A stretch of DNA of 64,000 nt from an uncultured Pseudomonadota bacterium (lineage in GTDB: Bacteria; Bacillota; Sulfobacillia; JAUYEF01): NCBI GenBank assembly GCA_964417635.1, contig CAYQIY010000011.1, positions 33,741 through 97,740 on the forward strand, written 5' to 3'. The notes under the pieces were generated by a model. It made no database searches. It saw only the letters and a list, made by a program, of their open reading frames with translations, and was not told the origin of the DNA. A program made the position numbers and the translations under genes. This document shows, in pieces, positions 1 through 9,713 of the stretch (position 1 is the stretch's first letter; each line of letters starts with the position of its first letter).

Positions 1-277
1 ACGACGAAAGCGCTCGCAGCCAATAGGGCTGCGCAGTGCAGGCAGCGTCTTCAAGAACCCACCGCAAGCAGCAGCAGGCTACCTGATAGAACAGGTCGGT
101 CTAAAAGGCACAAGAAGAGGCGGTGCAGGTTTCTCCAGCGTACATGCAAATTTCATTGTGAACTACGGCGGGGCGAGCGCGCGTGATGTGATGCACCTAA
201 TCCACGAAGCCAGGCAGAGAGTGAACGAGCGTTTTGGTGTGGTACTTGAGACGGAGATAAAGATACTTGTCGAGTAG
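1..277 (+). CDS. murB: UDP-N-acetylenolpyruvoylglucosamine reductase MurB, 3' partial (C-terminal ~90 aa)
   Basis: Frame-2 translation ...[64 protein letters not shown] is a typical MurB C-terminus; stop read at ~275-277; not in ORF track because truncated by window edge. Confidence 0.7.
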   Translation, partial: RRKRSQPIGLRSAGSVFKNPPQAAAGYLIEQVGLKGTRRGGAGFSSVHANFIVNYGGASARDVMHLIHEARQRVNERFGVVLETEIKILVE

Positions 278-289
278 GCGCAAGAGGAA

Positions 290-1588
290 GTGTTCCGGGG
301 GTGTGACACGTTGGAAGTGTACGAGGTGTACGGCAGAACCAGACTCCGAGGCGCCGTTAGGATAAGCGGCGCCAAGAACGCGGTGCTGCCTATGCTTGCG
401 GCAACACTGCTTACTGCAAAGACCTGCTCGATCGTGGACTGGCCTGACCTTCGGGATGTACACGTCATGATAAAGATTCTTCAAAGCCTTGGAGCGGAGG
501 TGGACTTTGAGACCGATGAGATTGGAAGAAAGGTGCTCAATGTCACAGCCCGGGAGTTAGTGACTCACGAGGTACCAGAAAGCCTTATGCGCCAGATGCG
601 GTCGTCAATATTCCTTATGGGGCCTCTTCTTGGAAGACTGCGCAAGGTGAGGGTGGTGTATCCGGGTGGATGTGCGATAGGTCCCCGGCCCATAGACTTG
701 CACCTTTCGAGCCTACAGGCGCTCGGCGTGAAGATAGATGAACGCGGGGGCTACATCGATGCATCCAGCCCCAAGCTCAGGGGCGCCGAGATACACCTTG
801 ATTTTCCGAGCGTAGGTGCGACCGAGAACATCATAATGGCTGCTGTGACTGCCAAGGGCCAGACCATTATTCGCAACGCGGCAAAAGAGCCGGAAATCGT
901 TGACCTGCAGAACTTCCTGAACGGTATGGGGGCCAACATAAAAGGAGCGGGGCTCGACATCATTCGCATCGAAGGCACAGATATGCTTGACGGCACCCGG
1001 CACACTGTTATACCAGATCGTATAGAGGCAGGTACCTTTCTTGCGGCAGCAGGCATAACCAGCGGGGAGGTGCGCATCGAAAACTGCATCCCAGAGCACA
1101 TTGAGTCCATAATCGCGAAACTGACAGAGGCAGGAGTCGAGATTGCCAATGCAGGCGACCACACTCTGTGGGCCAGAGGACCGAGGCGACTGCGCGCGGT
1201 GGATTTCAAAACGCTGCCGTACCCGGGGTTCCCGACAGATATGCAGCCACAGGTGATGGCGCTGATGTCTGTCGCGAATGGCACCAGCGTGATCACCGAA
1301 ACCATATTCGAAAACAGATTCAAGCAGGGAGAAGAGCTGAAGCGAATGGGCGCCAATATCAAGTCGGAGGGCCGTACGGCTGTGATAAAGGGTGTAGACA
1401 CGCTGTTTGGTGCCACAGTTGAAGCAAGTGACCTCAGAAGTGGTGCCGCACTGATTCTGGCAGGGCTTGCGGCGGACGGTATCACCAGAGTAGAGGGATG
1501 CCATCATATTGAACGAGGGTACGAGTTGATTGAGCAAAAGTTTGGCAATCTCGGAGCATCGGTAAAGAGAGTCACGGTTTTCCATTGA
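290..1588 (+). CDS. murA: UDP-N-acetylglucosamine 1-carboxyvinyltransferase
   Basis: ORF track 432 aa; RISGAKNAVLP N-terminus and full-length MurA-like sequence; true start may be a few codons downstream (~311). Confidence 0.93.
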   Translation: MFRGCDTLEVYEVYGRTRLRGAVRISGAKNAVLPMLAATLLTAKTCSIVDWPDLRDVHVMIKILQSLGAEVDFETDEIGRKVLNVTARELVTHEVPESLMRQMRSSIFLMGPLLGRLRKVRVVYPGGCAIGPRPIDLHLSSLQALGVKIDERGGYIDASSPKLRGAEIHLDFPSVGATENIIMAAVTAKGQTIIRNAAKEPEIVDLQNFLNGMGANIKGAGLDIIRIEGTDMLDGTRHTVIPDRIEAGTFLAAAGITSGEVRIENCIPEHIESIIAKLTEAGVEIANAGDHTLWARGPRRLRAVDFKTLPYPGFPTDMQPQVMALMSVANGTSVITETIFENRFKQGEELKRMGANIKSEGRTAVIKGVDTLFGATVEASDLRSGAALILAGLAADGITRVEGCHHIERGYELIEQKFGNLGASVKRVTVFH

Positions 1589-1698
1589 TTGGCTGTGTCT
1601 GTGGTCTATTTCGCGGACATATCCAGTTATGTTACAATAGGACAAAGGAAACTCCGGGGGCCCTCCGGCCCTCGTTTTTGACTGGTAGAGGTGATGTG

Positions 1699-2409
1699 AT
1701 GCGGTCGAGTCGCGTGCTCAGACTTGGTGTGCTGCTCACCGCGCTTGGAGTGGCTTCTTTTGTGCTGAGCAATGCAGCCTATTTCCGCGTACACGAGATA
1801 CGCGTAAAAGAAAGCACCAGGGTGCCCAAGGAAGAGATACTCGCTCTTTCTGGGCTTTCGATAGGTATGCACATCTACTCTTTCGATCCGAGAAGAGTTG
1901 AGGCGGCCATATGCAAGAATCCATGGATTCACACTGCCACCGTTACCCGATCTCTGCCCGGTTTGGTTAGCATAAGCACGAGTATGAGGCAACCAATCGC
2001 CGCTATACCTCATTACAGCGGCTTCTTCTTGATAGATAGCGATGCACGTGTTGTTGACTTTCAAGACGGTGGACAAGTTCTATATCCCGTCATAACCGGG
2101 TATGATTCTGGCAATACGCTCGCAGGCGATTTCATCAAGCATCCGAGTGTGCTTGCAGGTCTGAGGTGCCTTGAGTCGCTGACGCCCGAAATAACCGCGC
2201 AGCTCTCGGAAGTGAACGTAGACAAAGAGGGAGAAGTCACGCTTTTTCTCGTGGGTGGGCTTAGAGTATTCATAGGGCAAGCTGATGCTCAAACTGAAAG
2301 AAAAGCAAGGACTCTTGAATCGTTGCTTGAAGATATAAGGAAGTCCAGTCTCTCCGCGCTGCATGTGGACTTAAGGTATGAGCAACCGGTTATACGCCTG
2401 CGCGACTGA
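1699..2409 (+). CDS. ftsQ: Cell division protein FtsQ/DivIB (POTRA domain)
   Basis: ORF 1585..2409; start moved to Met39 (GGTAGAGGTGA RBS just upstream, avoids murA overlap); short cytoplasmic tail, one TM helix, POTRA-like region; dcw position. Confidence 0.8.
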   Translation: MRSSRVLRLGVLLTALGVASFVLSNAAYFRVHEIRVKESTRVPKEEILALSGLSIGMHIYSFDPRRVEAAICKNPWIHTATVTRSLPGLVSISTSMRQPIAAIPHYSGFFLIDSDARVVDFQDGGQVLYPVITGYDSGNTLAGDFIKHPSVLAGLRCLESLTPEITAQLSEVNVDKEGEVTLFLVGGLRVFIGQADAQTERKARTLESLLEDIRKSSLSALHVDLRYEQPVIRLRD

Positions 2410-2432
2410 GACGCTGTGCAGGAGGTGACGCT

Positions 2433-3137
2433 ATGAAACCAAGTAGGGGCAGCATCGCTATAGCATTAGTGTGCGTGCTGCTTGGTTTTGTACTGGCCAT
2501 CCAGTTCAGAGCACAGAGGGAGCTCGCGTCAGATGTATCACGTCTCCGCACGGCTGAACTCACAAGCTACATAACTGCATTGGAAAGAGAGCGCGAGCAG
2601 CTCCGGGATGAGGTAGCGGCGTTACGTCTCAGTATGTCTGAGATGGTTGATGGAAGGAGCATCATCACCTCTTTGCGTGCGGAATTGGAGAACCTTCAGG
2701 TATTAGCCGGTTTGACAGACTTGAAAGGACCTGGTATCACGGTGGTGATGGATGATAGCAAGCGTCCGCAGAAACCAGGCCAGGACCCGAACGCGTTTGT
2801 GATCCATGACGATGACGTGCTGAAACTCATAAATGAGCTAAAGGCGAGTGGTGCTGAAGCGCTCTCGATAAACGGGCAGCGCTATGTGGCCAGCACCGAG
2901 ATACGCTGTGTAGGACCCACGATTTCGATTAACAACACAAGGACGGCTCCTCCGATAGTTATAAAGGCGATTGGTAACCCTCAGACGATGGAGGCAGGGC
3001 TGAAAATGCGTGGCGGTATTGCAGAAAGCCTCGCGTTTTGGGGTATTAGCGTTACCATAAAGGTTGAAGAAGAGGTATACGTTCCCGCTTACAAAGGCGG
3101 TTTCAAGTTCGAGTATGCGCGGCAGGTCGGGAAGTGA
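2433..3137 (+). CDS. DUF881 family division-associated membrane protein (YlxW/YlxX-like)
   Basis: N-terminal TM helix, coiled coil, GPGITV..DD and SINGQR motifs typical of DUF881; same position as ylxW/ylxX in B. subtilis. Confidence 0.75.
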   Translation: MKPSRGSIAIALVCVLLGFVLAIQFRAQRELASDVSRLRTAELTSYITALEREREQLRDEVAALRLSMSEMVDGRSIITSLRAELENLQVLAGLTDLKGPGITVVMDDSKRPQKPGQDPNAFVIHDDDVLKLINELKASGAEALSINGQRYVASTEIRCVGPTISINNTRTAPPIVIKAIGNPQTMEAGLKMRGGIAESLAFWGISVTIKVEEEVYVPAYKGGFKFEYARQVGK

Positions 3138-3149
3138 GGTGAAGCAAAG

Positions 3150-3524
3150 GTGATGTTCCTGGCGATTGGTGGAGTCATTCTGGGCATCTACCTTGGCTTG
3201 CAACTTCCTATCACGCTTCCTGCGGTATACACAAGGTATCTATCTATTGCCGTGCTTGCAACTCTCGATTCAGTCTTCGGGGGCATACGCGCCAGTTTGG
3301 AGAACCGTTTTGATAATACGGTATTCGTTACAGGTTTCTTCAGTAACGCGGTGTTGGCCGCAGCGTTCACGTATCTGGGCGATAGGATCGGAGTCGAACT
3401 GTATAATGCGGCGGTGTTTGCACTCGGATATAGGATTTTTCAGAACCTCGGACTCTCGCGCCTTCTGTTGCTAAAAGGTAAGCAATACCGTTCTCAGGAC
3501 TCAGAATTGGGCCCTAAACTGTGA
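3150..3524 (+). CDS. sbp: Small basic protein Sbp (DUF1290)
   Basis: 124 aa membrane protein directly upstream of ftsA, as sbp in Bacillus. Confidence 0.7.
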   Translation: MMFLAIGGVILGIYLGLQLPITLPAVYTRYLSIAVLATLDSVFGGIRASLENRFDNTVFVTGFFSNAVLAAAFTYLGDRIGVELYNAAVFALGYRIFQNLGLSRLLLLKGKQYRSQDSELGPKL

Positions 3525-3591
3525 AGGTGCACTGACCTATGTTGTTGAATGATAGAGGCAAACCGCGGCTGATACTCGGAGGTGAGAACTC

Positions 3592-4818
3592 TTGCCAAGA
3601 CGCGACTTTGTGGTAGGTCTTGACATAGGCACAAGCAAAGTGTCTGTAGTCGCAGCCGAGATAGCCTCCGAGTCACAGGTGAATGTAATCGGAGTTGGTA
3701 CGAGCCCTTCCAACGGCATGAGGAAGGGCGTCGTCGTAGACATAGATGGGATAGTGCGTTCGATTGGTACGGCGCTTGAACAGGCTGAGCGAATGGCCGG
3801 GATCGACATCAAGTCGGCTTACATAGGCATAACGGGTGCTCACATATCTTCTTTGAACAACCGAGGCGTTGTGGCTGTTGGCAGAGAGGACAAAGAGATC
3901 ACCCAAGAAGACGTAGACCGTGTCATGGATGCCGCGCGTGTAATCAACATACCTTCGGATAGGGAGATCATCCACGTGTTGCCGCGTGAGTTTGTGGTCG
4001 ACGGCTACGATGGAGTCAGAGATCCGGTGGGCATGATGGGAGTCCGGCTTGAGGTCGAGGCGCAGATTGTGACTGGCGCTGTCACTTCAATGCAGAACCT
4101 GCTCCGGGCAGTGTACAAGTCTGGGCTTGAAGTAGATGACGTGGTGCTTGCACCGCTTGCTTCAGGCGAAGCGGTGCTACATCAAGCTGAGCGTGAGCTC
4201 GGTGTTGAAGTGGTGGATGTCGGCGGAGGCACTACCGATATTGCCATATTCGAAAACGGCAGCCTGTGGCATGCTGCGGTACTTCCGCTCGGAGGTGACC
4301 ATATCACCAACGACATAGCCGTAGGTCTCAGAACTCCGGTTTTCCAAGCAGAGAAGATTAAGAAGGACTATGGAGTTGCACGGGTGAGCCTCATTGAGGA
4401 TGACTCGAGTTTCCAGATGCCGCTTGTTGGGGGAACGAAAGAGAAAAGTGTAGCACGCGCCACACTTGCAGGCATTATTGAACCGCGTGTGCAAGAAATC
4501 CTGCTGATGCTTGACAGAGAGGTGAAGAAGGCAGGATACGGCAGCGTTCTTCCGGGAGGCGTGGTATTTACCGGTGGCACTTCTTTGCTTCCGGGCCTCG
4601 TTGATTTTGCGCAAGAGGTGTTGGACATGCCGGTCAGGCTCGGTGTTCCGAGCGGAATCGGCGGACTCAGAGATGTTGTGGCCAGTCCTGCCTATGCCAC
4701 GGCGGTAGGGCTTGTGTTGTTTGCAGCAAGCGAAAGAGACAAGTCTCTGCCTCGCCAGAAAGAAGGCGGAGGCGGTGTATTTAACAGGATCAAGAGTTGG
4801 TTTCGAGAATTCTTCTAG
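3592..4818 (+). CDS. ftsA: Cell division protein FtsA
   Basis: 408 aa; DIGTSKV actin-like N-terminus; TTG start preceded by GGAGGTGA; immediately upstream of ftsZ. Confidence 0.95.
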   Translation: MPRRDFVVGLDIGTSKVSVVAAEIASESQVNVIGVGTSPSNGMRKGVVVDIDGIVRSIGTALEQAERMAGIDIKSAYIGITGAHISSLNNRGVVAVGREDKEITQEDVDRVMDAARVINIPSDREIIHVLPREFVVDGYDGVRDPVGMMGVRLEVEAQIVTGAVTSMQNLLRAVYKSGLEVDDVVLAPLASGEAVLHQAERELGVEVVDVGGGTTDIAIFENGSLWHAAVLPLGGDHITNDIAVGLRTPVFQAEKIKKDYGVARVSLIEDDSSFQMPLVGGTKEKSVARATLAGIIEPRVQEILLMLDREVKKAGYGSVLPGGVVFTGGTSLLPGLVDFAQEVLDMPVRLGVPSGIGGLRDVVASPAYATAVGLVLFAASERDKSLPRQKEGGGGVFNRIKSWFREFF

Positions 4819-4844
4819 AACACTGACCCGTGAGGGGGAGCGCT

Positions 4845-5906
4845 ATGCTGGATTTTGATCTTGATACTGAACGCTTTGCGAACCTCAAAGTGGTAGGAGT
4901 AGGCGGGGGAGGTTCAAACGCCGTGAACCGGATGATAACTTCTGGTTTGAAGGGCGTTGACTTCATCGCGGTGAACACTGACGCTCAAGCCCTTGCGCTG
5001 TCGAACGCGCTGCGCAAGATACAAATAGGCCAGAACATTACGAGGGGCCTTGGTGCGGGTGCAAATCCTGAAATAGGATTCCAGGCCGCCGAGGAAAGCC
5101 GAGAGGAGATTATGGAAGCGCTCAAGGGCGCTGATATGGTGTTCATAACTGCCGGTATGGGTGGAGGCACCGGCACAGGCGGAGCGCCGGTTATCGCGGA
5201 GGTATCCAAAGAGATCGGCGCACTCACCGTAGGCGTGGTGACGAAGCCGTTCTCGTTCGAAGGCAAGCGACGCCAGCAGGTTGCCGAAAAAGGCATTCAG
5301 GAGCTTCGTCAGAAGGTTGACACACTGATCACCATACCGAACGATCGGCTGCTGCAGGTGGTGGACAAGAAGACGTCCATAGTGGAAGCGTTCAAGTACG
5401 CCGACGATGTGCTGCGGCAGGGAGTGCAGGGCATATCCGATCTCATAGCCGTACCCGGCCTGATAAACCTCGACTTCGCCGATGTCAAGACCATCATGGT
5501 TGATACCGGCTCGGCTCTCATGGGGATAGGCTCGGCGTGTGGCGAGACCAGAGCGGTAGAAGCTGCTCGTGCCGCGATATCTAGTCCTCTTCTCGAAACC
5601 TCGATTGAAGGAGCGAGGGGCATTCTGCTCAACATTACGGGAGGCTCCGACTTAGGTCTGTTCGAGGTGAACGAGGCGGCAGAGATAGTGGCCGAGGTTG
5701 CAGATCAGGACGCAAACTTCATCTTTGGTGCTGTGATCGATGAGTCGATGGGAGACGAGATCCGAGTAACGGTTATAGCGACGGCGTTTGACGGCAGACT
5801 GCCCAAGACAGAGAAGCGACCCGAGGAGGCAAAGGTGCCTGAGGTTGAGATAAAGCAGTATGGGGGAGATGAACTGGACATACCTGCCTTCTTGCGCAAG
5901 AAATAG
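4845..5906 (+). CDS. ftsZ: Cell division protein FtsZ
   Basis: ORF 4830..5906; start at Met6 after GAGGGGGAG RBS; GGGGSNAV and [12 protein letters not shown] tubulin signature. Confidence 0.97.
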   Translation: MLDFDLDTERFANLKVVGVGGGGSNAVNRMITSGLKGVDFIAVNTDAQALALSNALRKIQIGQNITRGLGAGANPEIGFQAAEESREEIMEALKGADMVFITAGMGGGTGTGGAPVIAEVSKEIGALTVGVVTKPFSFEGKRRQQVAEKGIQELRQKVDTLITIPNDRLLQVVDKKTSIVEAFKYADDVLRQGVQGISDLIAVPGLINLDFADVKTIMVDTGSALMGIGSACGETRAVEAARAAISSPLLETSIEGARGILLNITGGSDLGLFEVNEAAEIVAEVADQDANFIFGAVIDESMGDEIRVTVIATAFDGRLPKTEKRPEEAKVPEVEIKQYGGDELDIPAFLRKK

Positions 5907-5921
5907 AGACCGAACTAAGAA

Positions 5922-5952
5922 CCCCGCCGAACCCGGCGGGGTTTTGTCGTTT
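5922..5952 (+). terminator. Rho-independent terminator downstream of ftsZ
   Basis: CCCCGCCG-aacc-CGGCGGGG hairpin followed by TTTTGTCGTTT. Confidence 0.65.
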
Positions 5953-5967
5953 CAAAGCCAACAGTGC

Positions 5968-6001
5968 GTGACAGTATGCGCCATAGCGCTTCGCTTATAA
6001 T
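5968..6001 (+). promoter_or_regulatory. Candidate spoIIG-type promoter (-35-like GTGACA, ~22 nt spacer, TATAAT)
   Basis: GTGACA ... 22 nt ... TATAAT about 85 nt upstream of spoIIGA start; unusual spacing resembles the Spo0A-dependent spoIIG promoter of B. subtilis; a TGTCGTT (0A-box-like) lies ~20 nt further upstream. Confidence 0.3.
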
Positions 6002-6087
6002 GTAGACACGTTCTGAGACGCTATCTGAACGAATACTCTTGCTATAAGAGCAGGCATTACGTCTGTTAGAGCCTAGGGGTGGCCCCG

Positions 6088-6972
6088 ATGGTTCAGTATG
6101 TTTACGTGGACATTTTGTTCTTGGGCAACTGGCTGATGAACCTGCTGTTGCTCTGGGCTACAGCCAAGTTCGTGGGCATCAGCACGCGCCGATCAAGAAT
6201 GTGCCTGGCAGCGGCCATTGGAGCCGGGTACGCCGTTACAGTGTGTATTTGGCCGGAGATCCCACTTGGTCACGCAGTAGTCAAGATAATTGTGCTGTTA
6301 GCAATGATCTACGCTTGCTTCGGGCGGCTCAGACCTGCAGCCGGAGCGCGAATAGTGGCCTACTTTCTTACCTTCTGTTTCTCGGTTGCCGGTGCAGCCA
6401 CAGCGCTGGTGCATGCGGCTAGCGCCGGAGGCGCGAATCCGGAATGGATTCCGCTACTTGGGGGGGTTGGGTTGAGCGCCCTCGGAATACGGAGCGTGTG
6501 CGCTCGTGCAGCCAGACATTACAACCTCCCGGCAACGTTGCATACAGAGGTTACGGTGGATGGGCAAACCGTCTGCTTTCATTCGTTTGTAGACACAGGC
6601 AACCATCTGCTTGACCCGGTATCCGGCATGCCTGTGCTGGTATGCGAGAAGCATGCCGTAATGCCTCTTATGCCACCTCCTGTGAGCGCAGTTTTCAAAC
6701 GAGGCGCCGACGGTGTATGTAGCGTCGTCTGCAAAGAGAGCATCGGGTCATGGACGACGAGGCTGCGTGTGATACCTTATGCCAGCCTTGGCACTCCAAA
6801 CGGCATGTTGTTAGGGTTCAAACCCGACGAGGTTAGGCTGGGCCGAGAAGCAGCAGGCATGGTCAGCCCCAACGTGATCATCGGTGTATGCGAGAGTAAA
6901 CTGAGCCAAGACGGTGCGTACAGCGCGCTCGTGGGCCCTGCATTAACCGCACTGCTTAGAGAAGCGAGGTGA
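6088..6972 (+). CDS. spoIIGA: Sporulation sigma-E factor-processing peptidase SpoIIGA
   Basis: ORF 6079..6972; start at Met4 after AGGGGTGG; multi-TM N-terminal half, FVDTGN aspartic-protease motif; directly upstream of sigE. Confidence 0.9.
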   Translation: MVQYVYVDILFLGNWLMNLLLLWATAKFVGISTRRSRMCLAAAIGAGYAVTVCIWPEIPLGHAVVKIIVLLAMIYACFGRLRPAAGARIVAYFLTFCFSVAGAATALVHAASAGGANPEWIPLLGGVGLSALGIRSVCARAARHYNLPATLHTEVTVDGQTVCFHSFVDTGNHLLDPVSGMPVLVCEKHAVMPLMPPPVSAVFKRGADGVCSVVCKESIGSWTTRLRVIPYASLGTPNGMLLGFKPDEVRLGREAAGMVSPNVIIGVCESKLSQDGAYSALVGPALTALLREAR

Positions 6973-7706
6973 CTGGCTTGACCAGTTTTGAGAGGCTGTG
7001 CTGGGCGGCGAGGTTACTGGTCGTGAAGATACTGCACTGTACAGGTTTGGCGCGCAATTCGCTGGATTACGTGGGTTCCAGCGAAGCGCTTCCTCCACCG
7101 CTGAGCTCGGATGAGGAACTGTTCTTACTGGCGCGGCTGGAGCGAGGCGAGAACACCGTCAGAAGCGTGCTGATCGAAAGAAATTTGAGGCTTGTGGTGT
7201 ACATAGCCAGGAAGTTTGAAAACACCGGTGTGGGTATAGAAGACCTGGTTTCCATAGGCACCATAGGGCTTATAAAGGCGGTAGGCACGTTTGACCCGTC
7301 CAAACGCATCAAACTTGCGACATATGCTTCGAAATGCATAGAGAACGAGATATTGATGTACCTTCGGAGGAACAACAAGACGAGGTCAGAGGTTTCGTTT
7401 GACGAACCACTTAACGTGGATTGGGACGGCAACGAACTGCTGCTGTCTGATGTATTGGGGACTGACAGCAACACCGTTAGCCGCGAACTGGAAGAAGAGG
7501 TTGACAGGACACTGCTGCGAAAGGCAATGGCCAACCTGAGTGGTCGCGAGAGATGCATAGTCGAACTGAGATTTGGGCTTTCAGGCGGTGTGGAACGCAC
7601 ACAAAAAGAAGTGGCCGACTATCTTGGGATTTCGCAGTCATACATATCGAGGCTGGAGAAAAAGATAATGAAACGCTTGAGGCGAGAGATGAAGCGCATG
7701 GAATGA
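6969..7706 (+). CDS. sigE: RNA polymerase sporulation sigma factor SigE (pro-sigma-E)
   Basis: N-terminal pro-sequence followed by [12 protein letters not shown] and near-identity to B. subtilis SigE through regions 2-4 ([19 protein letters not shown]..., [12 protein letters not shown]). Confidence 0.95.
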   Translation: MTGLTSFERLCWAARLLVVKILHCTGLARNSLDYVGSSEALPPPLSSDEELFLLARLERGENTVRSVLIERNLRLVVYIARKFENTGVGIEDLVSIGTIGLIKAVGTFDPSKRIKLATYASKCIENEILMYLRRNNKTRSEVSFDEPLNVDWDGNELLLSDVLGTDSNTVSRELEEEVDRTLLRKAMANLSGRERCIVELRFGLSGGVERTQKEVADYLGISQSYISRLEKKIMKRLRREMKRME

Positions 7707-7726
7707 GACAATGCTGCTTATCAATG

Positions 7727-7754
7727 GCCCGGCGCTACCGGGCTTTCTTCATTT
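7727..7754 (+). terminator. Putative terminator/attenuator between sigE and sigG
   Basis: GCCCGG-cgcta-CCGGGC hairpin followed by TTTCTTCATTT. Confidence 0.45.
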
Positions 7755-7869
7755 ACCCCTCTGTGCCGCGTATCTACCAGTAATTGGTACCACCTCGAAT
7801 TAATCCGCACTTTCGGGAGCATAATTATCTTCGCAGGTTAGTCCATTTGTTTCCCGGGGGTCAGCTGGT

Positions 7870-8637
7870 GTGAACAAAGTCGAGATATGTGGAGTAAATA
7901 CCGCGAAGCTGCCTGTGCTATCCAACGCCAAGATGCGCGAACTGTTTGTCCAAATGCAAAATGGCGACGAATCCGCCAGGGACAGACTGGTGGGCGGTAA
8001 CCTAAGGCTTGTGTTAAGCGTTATACAGCGATTTAACAACAGGGGCGAGTATGTAGACGATCTATTCCAGGTCGGATGTATCGGGCTGATGAAAGCAATA
8101 GACAACTTCGACCTGTCACAAAATGTGAAGTTCTCAACTTACGCAGTGCCCATGATAATCGGGGAAATACGCCGCTATCTTAGAGACAACAATCCGATAC
8201 GTGTGTCGAGGTCATTGCGAGACGTAGCCTACAGAGCGCTACAAGTTCGCGATGCGCTTGTGACCCGGCATTCGCGAGAGCCCTCTATAAACGAGATCGC
8301 TCAAGAACTCGCGATGCCACGAGAAGAGGTTGTGTATGCACTCGACGCGATCCAAGAGCCCATATCGCTGTTTGAGCCGGTCTACCATGACGGCGGTGAC
8401 CCCATCTACGTGATGGATCAGATAAGCGATGAGAAAAATCAAGACCACAACTGGCTTGAAGGAATCTCAATTAGAGAGGCGCTACGCAAGCTGTCTCCGC
8501 GCGAAAAACGCATCCTGACACTGAGATTCTTTGACGGCAAAACGCAGATGGAAGTTGCCCAGGAAATCGGCATATCTCAAGCTCAGGTATCGAGGCTTGA
8601 GAAGGCCGCGTTGACACACATGCGTAAGCATATGTAA
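7870..8637 (+). CDS. sigG: RNA polymerase sporulation sigma factor SigG
   Basis: MNKVEICGV..., GNLRLVLSVIQRFNNRGEYVDDLFQVGCIGLMK, ISQAQVSRLEK; near-identical blocks to B. subtilis SigG. Confidence 0.95.
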   Translation: MNKVEICGVNTAKLPVLSNAKMRELFVQMQNGDESARDRLVGGNLRLVLSVIQRFNNRGEYVDDLFQVGCIGLMKAIDNFDLSQNVKFSTYAVPMIIGEIRRYLRDNNPIRVSRSLRDVAYRALQVRDALVTRHSREPSINEIAQELAMPREEVVYALDAIQEPISLFEPVYHDGGDPIYVMDQISDEKNQDHNWLEGISIREALRKLSPREKRILTLRFFDGKTQMEVAQEIGISQAQVSRLEKAALTHMRKHM

Positions 8638-8650
8638 GGGGTTGAAAAGC

Positions 8651-9283
8651 ATGAACTCAAGACGGCAGGCAATACTGCTGCTCGGGCTGGCCGTGGTGGT
8701 GGCGACGTGTATGGGTCTCATGCGCCCGGCTTTGGGCGCCGATTCTCACCCGCGCAACGATCTGTTGAGGCTGCACATTGTGGCGAACAGTGATTCTGAG
8801 CATGATCAACAGGTGAAACTGATGGTCAGAGATGCCATACTGAAGCACACGGCCGAAGCGTTGACCGGAGTTCGCACTGTGACAGAAGCTTTCGAGTATC
8901 TTACTGCCGAAAAAGACAACGTACGGAAAGTAGTCGAAAGCCAACTTGCTGAATGCGGTGTTTACCAGGAGTTTAGCATGCAGATCGGATGGATGAGGTT
9001 CCCTACTAGGGCATACAAAGACAAGATAGTCCCGGCAGGTGTTTACAGGGCTATACGAGTGGTGCTAGGAGATGGCGCAGGAGCCAACTGGTGGTGCGTG
9101 GTGTTTCCACCGCTCTGCCTGGGTAATACTGCAACAAAAAGCAACTCAAAGAGTGACTCGCGGCCGGAGGTAATCGATGACGAGTGCACGGAAAGACTCG
9201 AGGTAAGGCCCAAACTCGCAGTGTTGGAATGGGCCAGAGCCAAAAAAGACACGATTACGGCCATAGTGAGCCGAAAACACTAG
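8651..9283 (+). CDS. spoIIR: Stage II sporulation protein R
   Basis: ORF 8642..9283; start at Met4 after AAGGGG; signal peptide, LRLHIVANSDSEHDQQ and GANWWCVVFPPLC motifs characteristic of SpoIIR. Confidence 0.85.
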   Translation: MNSRRQAILLLGLAVVVATCMGLMRPALGADSHPRNDLLRLHIVANSDSEHDQQVKLMVRDAILKHTAEALTGVRTVTEAFEYLTAEKDNVRKVVESQLAECGVYQEFSMQIGWMRFPTRAYKDKIVPAGVYRAIRVVLGDGAGANWWCVVFPPLCLGNTATKSNSKSDSRPEVIDDECTERLEVRPKLAVLEWARAKKDTITAIVSRKH

Positions 9284-9364
9284 AATGGTTGCATAGTACG
9301 GGTTTATCTGTATCCAGCGCTCATATACTGTTGTGAGCAGGTGTGAGTGGGAGGAGGATACAGA

Positions 9365-9610
9365 TTGGCGAGGGCCTCTGATCTTGAAGCACGAGACGTC
9401 GTAAACATAGTAGACGGCAAACGACTAGGAAGCATCACCGATGTAGAATTCAGCCTCGATTCCGGGCGGATTACAGCGATTATCGTGCCCGGCTCACCCA
9501 AGATGCTGGGTCTTTTTGCGCGCGATTCTGAAGTTGTGATACCTTGGGAGAACATACGAAAGATCGGTGCTGATGTAATACTGGTCGAAGTCAAAGAATA
9601 CGGCGGATAG
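9365..9610 (+). CDS. ylmC: YlmC/YmxH family sporulation protein (PRC barrel)
   Basis: ORF 9347..9610; likely TTG start after GGGAGGAGGA; aligns with B. subtilis YmxH (..DVVNIVDGKRLG..IDL..GRI..IIVPG). Confidence 0.75.
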   Translation: MARASDLEARDVVNIVDGKRLGSITDVEFSLDSGRITAIIVPGSPKMLGLFARDSEVVIPWENIRKIGADVILVEVKEYGG

Positions 9611-9636
9611 CGATGAACTGATACGTCTCATAGAGG

Positions 9637-9668
9637 AACGCCCACGTTGTTGGGCGTATTCGTTGTGG
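9637..9668 (+). terminator. Possible weak terminator after ylmC
   Basis: ACGCCCA-cgttgt-TGGGCGT hairpin followed by ATTCGTTGTG; weak U-tract. Confidence 0.3.
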
Positions 9669-9713
9669 GTGGAGAGTTTGCAGAAGCCACAGACAGGAGA
9701 TCTGACGCATATC

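Noticed and set aside
713-1645. Long antisense ORFs (310 aa and 244 aa, minus strand) inside murA
   Set aside because: Fully overlap a confidently identified murA on the opposite strand; no recognisable motifs; typical GC-rich antisense open frames
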